From: Oceanicaulis sp.
GTDB taxonomy: Bacteria > Pseudomonadota > Alphaproteobacteria > Caulobacterales > Maricaulaceae
Assembly: GCA_022565365.1 (NCBI GenBank)
Contig: JAIUMW010000001.1
Span: 1-54,956, forward strand
Reading direction: 5' to 3'
Length of the DNA: 54,956 bases
A model generated the notes under the pieces. It did not search any database and had not been told where the DNA came from. It was given only the letters and a program-made list of their open reading frames with translations. Both the position numbers and the translations under genes were made by a program. Shown here one piece after another: positions 18,850 through 28,007 of the stretch. Position 1 is the stretch's first letter; every line of letters begins with the position of its first letter.

Positions 18850-20576
18850 TGCGCAGCTCCGGCCGGCACAGGTTCACGGAACTGGACGATGCGGAACCGG
18901 TTCGCCACGAAGGCCAGATCGGCCAGGCACGCATTGCCGGCCGGGTTCAGTCCGGTGACGTGATAATCGGAATACGCCGCCGCAAAATTGATCGGCATGC
19001 GGTCATCCATATTGATCCACAGCGACGCGCCGGCGTCTGCAAACCGGTCCTGGGCATCGGCGATGAAGTCGCGGTCCGCCGAATAGAGATAGGACGAGAT
19101 CGCGCCGCGCTCGGCCGCGATGCGCGCCGCGTTTTCCAGCGCCGCCTCGCTGGAGGCCTCCCGGATGAGGAAGCAGACCGGGGCGAAAACTTCTTCGCCG
19201 TACAGATCGATCTGGCTGGCGTCCACTGACACCACAAGCGGCGTGGCGGTGCGCGCATTGGGAAAATCAGGGTGGGCGTAGGGGCGCGAATCCAGCAAAA
19301 CCTCGCCGCCCGCCGCCAGCACGCGCTCGCGCACCTCCTTGATCAGCTCCAGCGACTGCTCGGCCTGAACCGCAGCGCACAGCCCTGCGGCGCGCGCCGG
19401 GCTGGCGGTGCGGTCGGCGATGGCGTCTGCGATGCGCGTGGCCACCGCCTCGAAATCCATCGCCTCACCCTGGACGCGCACGCCCTGCGCAGGGATGTGG
19501 ATGTTTTGCGGGCTGGTGCACATCTGGGCGGAGAAGCCGCACAGCCCGTTGGCCAGTCCGCCAAGGCAGGCATCGATATCATCAAAGCTGTCCAGCACCA
19601 CCGCATTGCATCCGGCTGTTTCGGTATAGACCAGCCGGTCTGCGCAATGTTCCTCGATCCAGGCGCCGAAACGCTGGCTGCCGGTATAGTCGATGATTGC
19701 GCAGGCAGGGTGTTTGAGAAGCTCGATCGTGATCGGGGCCTCGCGTTCATCGGCGGCCAGCAGCACCATGTTCGGGTCAAGGCCGGCTTTGACGAGCACC
19801 TCTCGCATGCGCCGCACGGCCAGCGCCACGGGCAGAATGCCGTTGGGATGGGGTTTCAGGATGGCCGCATTGCCCGTCATGAGGTTGGCGAACACCGCCG
19901 GATAGGCGTTCCACAAGGGGAAGGTTGCGCAGCACACCACCACGGCAACGCCGCGCGCACGCAGGCGGAAGCTTTTCTTCAGGCGCACCCGGCCGGTGCG
20001 TCCGAAATCCTTCTCCCATTCGGCTACGCGCGGGACGTCGGCCATCGCCTTGTAAGCGTAGGCGAGCGCCTCCACCCCGCGATCAAGCGCATTGGCGCCG
20101 CTGCCGGAAAACGCCATCAGATAAGCCTGACCGGCGGTATGCATGGTCGCGTGCGCATTGATGAAGGCTTGCTCCTCCAGCGCGAAGGCCATTTCAAAAC
20201 ACACGCCGGCGCGCTCGTCCGGGCTCAGCTTGTCCCAGGGTTTCATCGCCGCGCGGGCGGCGTCGAACAGCGCGTCGGGATCCGATTTGGGATAGGCAAT
20301 CCCAAGCGGCTCGAGCGTGTAGGGCGAGACCTCGTGCACGACTGTCCCGACCGTGCCGGGCTGGTCGAGCTCAAATGCCTTTCCAAGCAGAGCTTCGAAA
20401 CCGGCCTTGCCTTCAGCGGGGCGCGTCTCGCCATGGATTTTCGAGCTGGGCGATTCCTTGAACGGGCTCCATTGCTCGCGAGTCGCGCACGCGTGGAGCG
20501 CTTCCTCTAGCCGGGATGCGTGGCGTTTGGCGAGGTCTGCGGGTGACGCGGTCATGTCAGGCTCCGGGGCAGTCAT
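18846..20576 (-). CDS. PaaN-like aldehyde dehydrogenase family protein (start uncertain: 20555, 20576 or 20594)
   Basis: MHTAGQ...DRGVEA, CATFPLWN.YPA.FA.L.TGN, YTGS, AQMCTSPQN, AAYSDYHVTGLNPAGNA. Confidence 0.85.
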   Translation of the reverse strand: MTAPEPDMTASPADLAKRHASRLEEALHACATREQWSPFKESPSSKIHGETRPAEGKAGFEALLGKAFELDQPGTVGTVVHEVSPYTLEPLGIAYPKSDPDALFDAARAAMKPWDKLSPDERAGVCFEMAFALEEQAFINAHATMHTAGQAYLMAFSGSGANALDRGVEALAYAYKAMADVPRVAEWEKDFGRTGRVRLKKSFRLRARGVAVVVCCATFPLWNAYPAVFANLMTGNAAILKPHPNGILPVALAVRRMREVLVKAGLDPNMVLLAADEREAPITIELLKHPACAIIDYTGSQRFGAWIEEHCADRLVYTETAGCNAVVLDSFDDIDACLGGLANGLCGFSAQMCTSPQNIHIPAQGVRVQGEAMDFEAVATRIADAIADRTASPARAAGLCAAVQAEQSLELIKEVRERVLAAGGEVLLDSRPYAHPDFPNARTATPLVVSVDASQIDLYGEEVFAPVCFLIREASSEAALENAARIAAERGAISSYLYSADRDFIADAQDRFADAGASLWINMDDRMPINFAAAYSDYHVTGLNPAGNACLADLAFVANRFRIVQFREPVPAGAAQ

Positions 20577-20607
20577 ATCTCTGGAGCCTCCCATGGTGGC
20601 GCAGTCG

Positions 20608-20624
20608 GGTATGGTTGTGCAAGC
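20608..20624. promoter_or_regulatory. Putative operator, copy 5
   Basis: GGTATGGTTGTGCAAGC, between divergent PaaN-like and SDR genes. Confidence 0.65.
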
Positions 20625-20675
20625 GACATGGGCGGTCTACGGTTTCCTGATCCACAGTTCAGGGAGGAGAAGCCG

Positions 20676-21632
20676 GTGAGCCTGTCCAAGACCATTAATT
20701 TCTATGGCCGTTTCCTGATCCCGTTCTCGCGCATTGGATATTCGCTCAAAGGCCTGAAAACGCCAGAGCAATACCCTGGCCTGGAAGGGCGTACGATCCT
20801 GATCACCGGCGCAACCGGCGGCATCGGCGCGGCGCTGGCGATCGGGGCGGCCAATAGCGGAGCGACCGCATTGGCCGTAGGCCGAAGCACCGCCAAGCTG
20901 GACCAGCTCGTATCGCAAGCCGAAGGCTTGCCGGGCCGTATCGAGCCGCTGCGGGCCGATCTGTCGCTGGCCTCGGACAGCCTTGCACTGGCGCAATTGC
21001 TCGCCGGCCGGGCGGGCGGCGTGGACGCGCTGGTCAATAATGTCGGCATCCTCAACCATGCGTTCGAGCAGACCGGGGAGGGGATTGACGCCATGTACGC
21101 GGTCAACATTCTCAACCCGTACATTCTGACCGAGGCGCTGATTGAATCGGGCGCCCTGGCGCCCGGCGCGGTAGTGGTGAACATGGCGTCAGGCGGCATG
21201 TACAACGCCCCCCAGAACCTGGTGTTCATGGAGCAGGGGGCGGAAAACTATAACGGTTTCGCCGCTTACGCGACCCACAAGCGCGCTCAGCTCGTCCTCT
21301 CCGATGACTGGGCCAGCCGGGGCCTGGACGCCTACACCATGCACCCTGGCTGGGTGGACACGGACGGGGTGAAGCGCTCACTTCCCAAGTTCCGCAAAGT
21401 GCTGCGATCGGTGCTGCGCAGTGAGGCCCAGGGCGCTGACACCGCGCTCTGGCTGATCGGACAACGCCCCCAGCCCCGGCCCGGCGCGCTTTGGTTTGAT
21501 CGCGCCGCGCGCGCCGCCCACGCCTTCAAGCACACCCGGACGCCGCTGGCGAACGATGAGGATATCCGGGTGAAGCTGGCGGCTGACGCCAGAACCTTGA
21601 AATCACGTCTGGAAAGCGGAGACACGGAATGA
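20676..21632 (+). CDS. SDR oxidoreductase (DHRS12-like)
   Basis: TGATGGIG, NNVG, SGGMY, YATHKR, MHPGWVDT; GTG start after GGAGGAG. Confidence 0.87.
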   Translation: MSLSKTINFYGRFLIPFSRIGYSLKGLKTPEQYPGLEGRTILITGATGGIGAALAIGAANSGATALAVGRSTAKLDQLVSQAEGLPGRIEPLRADLSLASDSLALAQLLAGRAGGVDALVNNVGILNHAFEQTGEGIDAMYAVNILNPYILTEALIESGALAPGAVVVNMASGGMYNAPQNLVFMEQGAENYNGFAAYATHKRAQLVLSDDWASRGLDAYTMHPGWVDTDGVKRSLPKFRKVLRSVLRSEAQGADTALWLIGQRPQPRPGALWFDRAARAAHAFKHTRTPLANDEDIRVKLAADARTLKSRLESGDTE

Positions 21633-22063
21633 GCCATTTGCAGAGTTTTCTCGATCTGGTCGCAGACTGGAAGCGCGATGACCTGGACGCCGTCGCGGCG
21701 CGATTATCCCCCGACGTCGTCTGGCATTTTTCCGCCACAACCAAGCCGCCAGCCATTGGGCGCGAGGCGTCCATCGCCTTTCTCAAAGCATACGGCGCCG
21801 TCTCCTCAAACAGCCGGCTGCGTCTCTTCACCTATGCCGAAACCGAGGACCGGCTGTTTTATGAAGCGGCCGAGGATTTCGATGCGCCCGACGGACGCCA
21901 GGTGCTGGTGCCCTATGCCGGGATCGTCGACTTTGGACCGGACGGGCTGATCACCGGTTGGCGCGATTATTTCGACCGGGCGCTAATCGACGGCCAGGTC
22001 GCCGGTACTGCTGAACTGCCTGATTTCGCCCGCGACCTTGTGGACCGGCCGGGCCTGAGCTGA
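21629..22063 (+). CDS. NTF2/SnoaL-fold protein, limonene-1,2-epoxide hydrolase-like
   Basis: 144 aa, LSPDVVW, GREA, GLITGWRDYFD. Confidence 0.75.
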   Translation: MSHLQSFLDLVADWKRDDLDAVAARLSPDVVWHFSATTKPPAIGREASIAFLKAYGAVSSNSRLRLFTYAETEDRLFYEAAEDFDAPDGRQVLVPYAGIVDFGPDGLITGWRDYFDRALIDGQVAGTAELPDFARDLVDRPGLS

Positions 22064-22068
22064 ATGCA

Positions 22069-22131
22069 AACCGCCCCCGCTCCGGGTGGAGCGGGGGCGG
22101 TTGACGACCCCGGGCGACGCGCGCCCCGGGG
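22069..22131. terminator. Tandem hairpins, likely bidirectional terminator
   Basis: AACCGCCCCCGCTCC-GGGT-GGAGCGGGGGCGGTT (15 bp stem) plus a second GC hairpin, between convergent genes. Confidence 0.7.
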
Positions 22132-22139
22132 CGAAGCGT

Positions 22140-24467
22140 CTAGAAACGCAGCGACGCCTGGCCGCCGATCGAGCGCGGACGCAGCGGCACAGCGTACTGG
22201 GTGTTGGCGCCGACCGAGCTGGCGAACGGTACGTTGGCGGCGAAGGTCAGGACTTCTTCATCCAGCAAGTTGCGGCCGAGCACCGCGAGCTGCCAGTTCT
22301 GAGCCCCGATCGCGACGCGCAGATCCACCATTGTGTATCCATCCACCTCGCCCAGCGCGTCGAGATTGTCGTGGATGTTGTGCGAGCCGGTATAGCCGAT
22401 ATTCAGCACGCTGGAGAAATCCAGCGTATCGGTCAGGGGCCGGTCATATGAAACGCGTGCGAACGCGCTCCATTCCGGGGTGAAACGGCCCCGGCGTCCG
22501 GTATAATCGCACAGGGTCACACCATCGACGACATCCCCATTGGGCGTCTGCTGGAAGGCGCAATTGCCGCGCCGGAAATCGGTGTACTCGAAGTCCAGAT
22601 ACGAGGCGCCGGCGGCCAGCATCAGATTCTCGGTGATGGCAAAGCGGCCGTCCATGTCGATGCCGGAAATCTCGGTTTCCCCGGCATTGCCCACGTTGAA
22701 GCCGATCGTCCCGTCAAACTGGCTGATCTGCAGGTCGGTGTAGCGGGCAAAATAGGCGGTGGCGTTGAACTGCGCCCGCCCGCCAAAGAGCTCGGCGCGC
22801 AGGCCGGCCTCATAGCTTCTCACCGTTTCCTCGTCGAACTCGAAGAAGGCGGTGCGATTGCCGCGCACATCAAACCCGCCGCCCTTGAAGCCTTCCTTGT
22901 AGGCGGCGAACAGCATCACATCATCGGTCGCGTCGAACTCGACGGTGAGTGACGGTGTGAGCCGGCTTTCAGAGCGCGACCGGTTGAGGTTATGGCCCGA
23001 GCCGCCACCAGGATTGTTCAGCTCAACCCCGAGCCCGCCCTGGATCACCGCAAGCGTAACCGGATTGGTGATCAGCGGCGCGTTGAAGGCCAGCGGGTTT
23101 GAGGTGGCGGCAACCACGCGGGTCGCGTCCTTGTCCTCTGTGGTCCAGCGCAGACCGCCAATGAGGCGCAAACGTTCGGTCAGATCATAGGTGAGCTCAC
23201 CGAACACGGCGAACGCCGTCGAATCGGTGCGGTAGTCGCGTTGCAAGCCCACATTGGCCAGCGGAGCAAAGCCGAGATTGGCGATCGCCGGTCCAAAGCC
23301 GGTGATGTCGGTATTGCTCAGCGAGCTGGACTGGTAAAACGCGCCGCCGATCCAGCGCAGGCGCTGGTCCTGATTGGATACGATGCGCACTTCCTGGGTG
23401 AACTGCTCGTAGGATTCGTCGATCAGCCCGGTCAGGATGAAGTAGTTGGTGAAATCAAGATCGGCCAGCTCGTCGCGGCTGTAGTCGACATAGCCGGTGA
23501 TCGAGGTCAGCGTACCGAAGCCCAGATCATAATTGGCGGTCAGCGTCGCGTTGAAGATCTGATTGTCGGCGAACTCGTCGGAATCGGCGTCACGCACGAA
23601 GTTGAATTCGCTGGTCGTGATGGCTCCGGGCAGGCCGGCGCCGGCCAGCGCATTGGCGTAGGTCAGCGGCACGCCTCCGGGCAGGGTGACGGTGTTGACG
23701 TCCTGGACCACCTCGATTTCGCGGCCCCGGGCGTCAAAGCGGTTGTGCTCCAGCTTCAGCGTCACATCGAAACGGTCGGTGGGTTCGAAGGTGAGCGTGC
23801 CACGGATCGCAAAATCATCACGGCGCGGTTCGTCCCGGCTGCGATTGGGATTGGAGACAAACCCGTCGCCGGCGGCGTAACGGATCGCGACTCGGCCCCT
23901 CAACTGGTCTGACAGCGGTCCTGACAGAGCCGCTTCCGCCTGGCGTTCGCCAAATTCGGGCATCCAGGTGAGCGTGGCCGAAGCCTGCATCTCGTGGGTC
24001 GGGGCTGCGGTGATCAGGCTCAGCGCGCCCGCGACCGTGTTCTTGCCGAACAGCACCGACTGGGGACCGCGCAGAACTTCCACACGTTCGATATCGAAGA
24101 AGGGCGCGCGGATGAGCTGGGCGCGGCCATAGCTGACACCGTCAATGAACTGGGCGACGGACTGCTCGAAGGCAGGATCATTGCCCGTGCCGATTCCACG
24201 AATATACATCTGGGTGCCGATGCCGGTCTGGGTGACCTGGAGGTTCGGTACCGAGAGCTGCAAATCGTCCAGCGTGTCGATGCTGAACTCGCTCAGCGTC
24301 TGGCCTTCCACGACAACGATCGCGATGGGCACGTCGGTCACGGCTTGCTCGCGGCGCTGGGCGGTGACGGTCACAGTGTCGAGCTGCTGGGCCAGCGCTT
24401 CGGCGCCGTCGATGGCGACGATCAACGCGGCCAGCCCGGCTCCGACAAGATAGCGAGATGCTTTCAT
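22140..24467 (-). CDS. TonB-dependent receptor
   Basis: Signal peptide, TonB box DTVTVTAQRRE, plug RVEVLRGPQSVLFGKN, C-terminal Phe; start MKASRY after GGGGAG. Confidence 0.95.
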   Translation of the reverse strand: MKASRYLVGAGLAALIVAIDGAEALAQQLDTVTVTAQRREQAVTDVPIAIVVVEGQTLSEFSIDTLDDLQLSVPNLQVTQTGIGTQMYIRGIGTGNDPAFEQSVAQFIDGVSYGRAQLIRAPFFDIERVEVLRGPQSVLFGKNTVAGALSLITAAPTHEMQASATLTWMPEFGERQAEAALSGPLSDQLRGRVAIRYAAGDGFVSNPNRSRDEPRRDDFAIRGTLTFEPTDRFDVTLKLEHNRFDARGREIEVVQDVNTVTLPGGVPLTYANALAGAGLPGAITTSEFNFVRDADSDEFADNQIFNATLTANYDLGFGTLTSITGYVDYSRDELADLDFTNYFILTGLIDESYEQFTQEVRIVSNQDQRLRWIGGAFYQSSSLSNTDITGFGPAIANLGFAPLANVGLQRDYRTDSTAFAVFGELTYDLTERLRLIGGLRWTTEDKDATRVVAATSNPLAFNAPLITNPVTLAVIQGGLGVELNNPGGGSGHNLNRSRSESRLTPSLTVEFDATDDVMLFAAYKEGFKGGGFDVRGNRTAFFEFDEETVRSYEAGLRAELFGGRAQFNATAYFARYTDLQISQFDGTIGFNVGNAGETEISGIDMDGRFAITENLMLAAGASYLDFEYTDFRRGNCAFQQTPNGDVVDGVTLCDYTGRRGRFTPEWSAFARVSYDRPLTDTLDFSSVLNIGYTGSHNIHDNLDALGEVDGYTMVDLRVAIGAQNWQLAVLGRNLLDEEVLTFAANVPFASSVGANTQYAVPLRPRSIGGQASLRF

Positions 24468-24531
24468 GATGGTCTCCCCTGACTGAAAACTCGGCGATCC
24501 ATGCCGCCGTTGAGCGGAGATTGTCATAGTT

Positions 24532-24548
24532 AGTATGATAATGAAAGT
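24532..24548. promoter_or_regulatory. Putative operator, copy 6
   Basis: AGTATGATAATGAAAGT, upstream of the TonB-dependent receptor. Confidence 0.7.
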
Positions 24549-24714
24549 GATAAATGGCTGCGCCGCTTCGCCACGAGTTTTCGCGGCCAAAGCCCAGTTC
24601 TGCCGGTCCGGATCATAGCCGCATGCGGCGAGGTGACAGGGCGGACGTGTCCGGAGAAAACCGCTTGAACCGCCCCGTCCGGCTTCGTTGCGTCCTCGGA
24701 TCAACAATCCGTTC

Positions 24715-24805
24715 TGTTCTGTTAGATTAAACCGGCGTGAGCCGGGCAGGGCGGTTTCGCTGCTCCCGGAAGACCGACACCGGTTCGCGTTCGCCTGACA
24801 GCACC
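24715..24805 (+). mobile_element. Minimal IS6-derived MITE (91 bp)
   Basis: Left part TGTTCTGTTAGATTAAACCGGCGTGAGCCGGGCAGGGCGG matches 2838-2877; right end CGTTCGCCTGACAGCACC matches 4541-4558. Confidence 0.75.
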
Positions 24806-24837
24806 GCTATTCTCTCGCGCTGATGCTCCGGCGCCCT

Positions 24838-26529
24838 TTACCCCAGCAATAGCGCCACGCCCGCCAAAGCGATGAGCAGCAGCGAGAGCGCCAGGGTGCG
24901 GTCCAGCATGGCTTCTGTCTTGTCGATCAGGGCGCCAAGGCGGTCGCGCCAGGCGGGGGCGTTCGAAGCCGTGTCGCGGCCCCGGCGCCTGGCGTTGTCG
25001 CGCGTCAGTGAACGCGCCGCGGCGGCCATCGGGCGTCCAGCGGCTTCAACAAAGGCGAGCAGATCGCCCTGGGGCGCAGGGGGCGCTTTCAGACGGCTGC
25101 GGCTGACCAGCAGGATGAGGAGTGCCGCCAGCGCCAGCGGCCATGCGGCGTTCATAAGATTGCCCGCCTGCCAGGTGTAGTTGATGGTCAGGCCCGACTG
25201 GCTGAACGCCAGCCAGGGCAGGGTGATCGCGCAAAAACCCAGGATCATCACCAGGATGGATCGCAAGGGCTGCGAGGGCTCAACGGTTTCCTCGCGCGGC
25301 TGCATGAGGCGCAGGAAATGGGCGAGGAGGAGCGCGGTGGTCAGGGCCGAAACGGTGATCAGCCCTTCGTGCAGCGCGCCCAGCGGGGCTTTGAGGGCGA
25401 GCTTGGCCAGCGCGCCGCCGGTGAGGGGCAGGCCGGCGACCGACAGGGCGATCAGGCCGAGCGCGAGACGCAGGCGCCGTGCGGCGCTGCCCGATACGGT
25501 GGTCATCGCGCCGACGCCGAGAAACAGCGCGCCCTTGGCGAGCCCGTGATGCAGGGCGTAGATCGCGATTCCCGCCATCAGCGCCTCCAGCGGCAGGCTG
25601 GCGGCGAGCCCCGCACCGATTGCTGCAAGCACCAGCCCCATCTGGCTCACCGTGGAATAGGCGAGCACCGCCTTGGGGTCGCGCTGGGTGAGGCCGTAGA
25701 TCGCCGCGCCGAACGCCCCGGTGAAGCCCAGCGCGGTCAATATCCCGCCCGACACGGAAAGCTCCGCGCCCAGCGGCAGGAAGACGAGAAGGCCGAACAC
25801 GCCCGCCTTGACGATAGCGCCGGAGAGCACGGCGGACGCCGGAACTGGCGCCGCCGGGTGCGCCACCGGTAGCCAGATATGCAAGGGAACGAGGCCCGCC
25901 TTGATCCCGAATCCGGCGATCAGCAAGGCGAGGATGAGGGGGCGGTCGGCGGACAGCCAGATGGCGTCGGTGAGCGCGGCCATCTCGGTCGAGCCGCCCG
26001 CCGCGCCCGACGCCAGGATGAGCCCGCCCAGCAACGCCGCCTCGCCCAGCACCGCCAGCACGATATAGACCACGCCCGCATGCAGCGCCTTGGCGCTGCG
26101 GTCATGGATCACCAGCGGGAAGGCCATCAGCGAGACCAGCGCAAAGGCGACGTAGAAGGTCACGGCGTCGGCGGCGAGGAAGACGCCCATATTGCCGGCC
26201 AGGCACAGATTCCAGAACAGGGCGAAATTGCCCGCCCCGTCCTTGCCCTTCATGTGCAGGCGCGAATACAGCCCGGCGATCAGCCAGAGCAGGCTCGCCC
26301 CACCCAGAAACAGCGCGCCGGCATCGCTCAAGGTCAGGGTCACGCCCAGCACCAGATCGGGGATGACAATCGCCTCGCCGCGCGGCGCGAACAGGGCGGC
26401 GGCCAGTCCGGGCAAAGGCGCGGCGATGGCGAGTGTCAGGCTGCGCTCGCGCACCAGCGGCAGCGCGCTCAGCGCCGCCAGAACAAGCGGCAGGCCGATG
26501 GCCAGCGGCAGGAGCCAGAGCGCGCTCAT
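24838..26529 (-). CDS. Mrp antiporter MrpA/D-type proton-conducting subunit
   Basis: KAGLVPLHIWLPVAHPAAP, AIVKAG, LAYSTVSQ, HHGLAKGALFL. Confidence 0.88.
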   Translation of the reverse strand: MSALWLLPLAIGLPLVLAALSALPLVRERSLTLAIAAPLPGLAAALFAPRGEAIVIPDLVLGVTLTLSDAGALFLGGASLLWLIAGLYSRLHMKGKDGAGNFALFWNLCLAGNMGVFLAADAVTFYVAFALVSLMAFPLVIHDRSAKALHAGVVYIVLAVLGEAALLGGLILASGAAGGSTEMAALTDAIWLSADRPLILALLIAGFGIKAGLVPLHIWLPVAHPAAPVPASAVLSGAIVKAGVFGLLVFLPLGAELSVSGGILTALGFTGAFGAAIYGLTQRDPKAVLAYSTVSQMGLVLAAIGAGLAASLPLEALMAGIAIYALHHGLAKGALFLGVGAMTTVSGSAARRLRLALGLIALSVAGLPLTGGALAKLALKAPLGALHEGLITVSALTTALLLAHFLRLMQPREETVEPSQPLRSILVMILGFCAITLPWLAFSQSGLTINYTWQAGNLMNAAWPLALAALLILLVSRSRLKAPPAPQGDLLAFVEAAGRPMAAAARSLTRDNARRRGRDTASNAPAWRDRLGALIDKTEAMLDRTLALSLLLIALAGVALLLG

Positions 26530-28007
26530 CGCGTCGTGATCCTTTCCGCGATCAGGCTGGCCCAGCCCAGCGGGCTCATGTCGAAGCCGGCGAACAGGCC
26601 CGCGCCCAGCGCGGCGGCGGCGGTGAACGCGCCCGGCAGGATCAGGAGCCAGGTGCGGCTGGCGGCCAGCGCCTCGCGGCTTGGCAAGGCGTCACAGGCC
26701 GGTTTCAGCCAGGCCCGGTAGAGTAGGGGCAGGAAATAGGCGGCGTTGAGGAGGCTGGATGCGATCAGCACGGCGATCACCCAGTTGGCGCCAGATTGAT
26801 AACCGCCAATGGCCAGATGCCATTTGGAGATGAAGCCCGCCATGGGCGGCACGCCGATCATGCCCAGCGCAGCGACGGTAAAGGCGGCGAGCGTGACCGG
26901 CATGCGCCGGCCGATCCCGTCCATCTGGTCGATGGCGCTGACGCCCGCCCGCTCGGCCAGCACGCCGGCGGCGAAGAAGAGCGTGATCTTCATCAGCCCC
27001 TGATGGACAAGATGCCCCAGCCCGCCGATCACGGCGCAGGGGCCGGCGAGGCTCGCGCCCAGCACGATCTAGCTGACCTGGCGGCCGGTGGAGTCGGCGA
27101 GGCGCTTCTTGATAGCGCTCTGACGCACGGCCTGAAGCGACCCATAGAGGATGGTGGCCGAGGCGAGCATGGCCAGCGGCATGCCCAGCCCCAGCGCCGC
27201 CACCGTGTCTATGCCATAGACGTCCTAGATCACGCGCACGATGCCGAATGCGCCGGCCTTCCCCACGGCGACGGCGTGGAGCAGGGCGCTCACCGGCGCC
27301 GGCGCGGCCATGGCGGCGGGCAGCCAGGGATGCAGCGGGACCAGCGCCGCCTTGGCGCCCAGCCCGCCGATGAGCAGGATGAAGATCAGGCTCTGGCTGA
27401 GGGTTCCAAAACTCGACAGCGCCGCGCCATTGGCGAACTCCACCGGGCCTGATCCGCTCTCCAGCCAGACGATCCCGGCGAGCAGTGCCGCGCTGCCCGC
27501 CAGCGTGTAGGCCAGATAGATGCGCCCGGCCTTCATGGCCTTGGCGCTGCCGGTGTGGACGACCAGCGGCCAGGTGGCGAGGGTGAGCAATTCATAGAAC
27601 AGGAAAAAGCTGATCAGCGAGCCCGACATGGCGATGCCCGTCGCGGCCACCACGCACAGATTGAAGAAGAAAAAGAAGCGCGCCTGGTGCGCCGTGCCGT
27701 GCAGATAGGCGATGGCGTAGAGCGTCGTCGCCATCCACAGGACGGCTGACAGAGTGACGAAGAGCAGGGCCAGCGCGTCGAGGCGCAGGATCAGCTCCAG
27801 GCCCGGCACGAAGAAGATGCGCCACTCATACTCCGCCCCTGCCTCCACCCCGGCCAGCGCAAAGCCGACCAGGGCGAGTTTCAGCGCGGCGAAGCTGATG
27901 TTGATGGCGTTGCGCACCCGCGCCCGGCCCGGCAGCGCGGCGCTCAGGAGCGCCGGGATAAACGGCGCCAGCAAGAGCAGGACGGGGATGAGGGTTGTCG
28001 CGCTCAT
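26526..28007 (-). CDS. mrpD: Mrp antiporter MrpD-type subunit; two in-frame TAG codons (27225-27227, 27069-27071), probably sequencing errors
   Basis: ORFs 27225-28007 and 26526-27065 are in one frame; the bridge reads GIVRVI*DVYG...KKRLADSTGRQVS*IVLG. Confidence 0.8.

Noticed and set aside
18403-20594. Calling the cluster a phenylacetate or steroid degradation pathway
   Set aside because: No paaABCDE/G/K and no kstD, kshA, hsa or ipdAB genes in the window
24666-24676. TGAACCGCCCC resembling an IS3-family terminal repeat
   Set aside because: Only 11 bp, no partner end or transposase sequence next to it
22140-24707. Extended N-termini from the ORF track (receptor, MFS, DUF1295, second ligase, PhyR, kinase, methyltransferases)
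   Set aside because: Downstream starts have RBS or ATGA coupling; extensions run through operators, promoters or neighbouring genes
27069-27227. Amber recoding or readthrough (pyrrolysine, alternative code)
   Set aside because: TAG terminates other genes here normally (e.g. 32582, 35278, 37053), no pyl genes are present, and neighbouring missense changes point to sequence error
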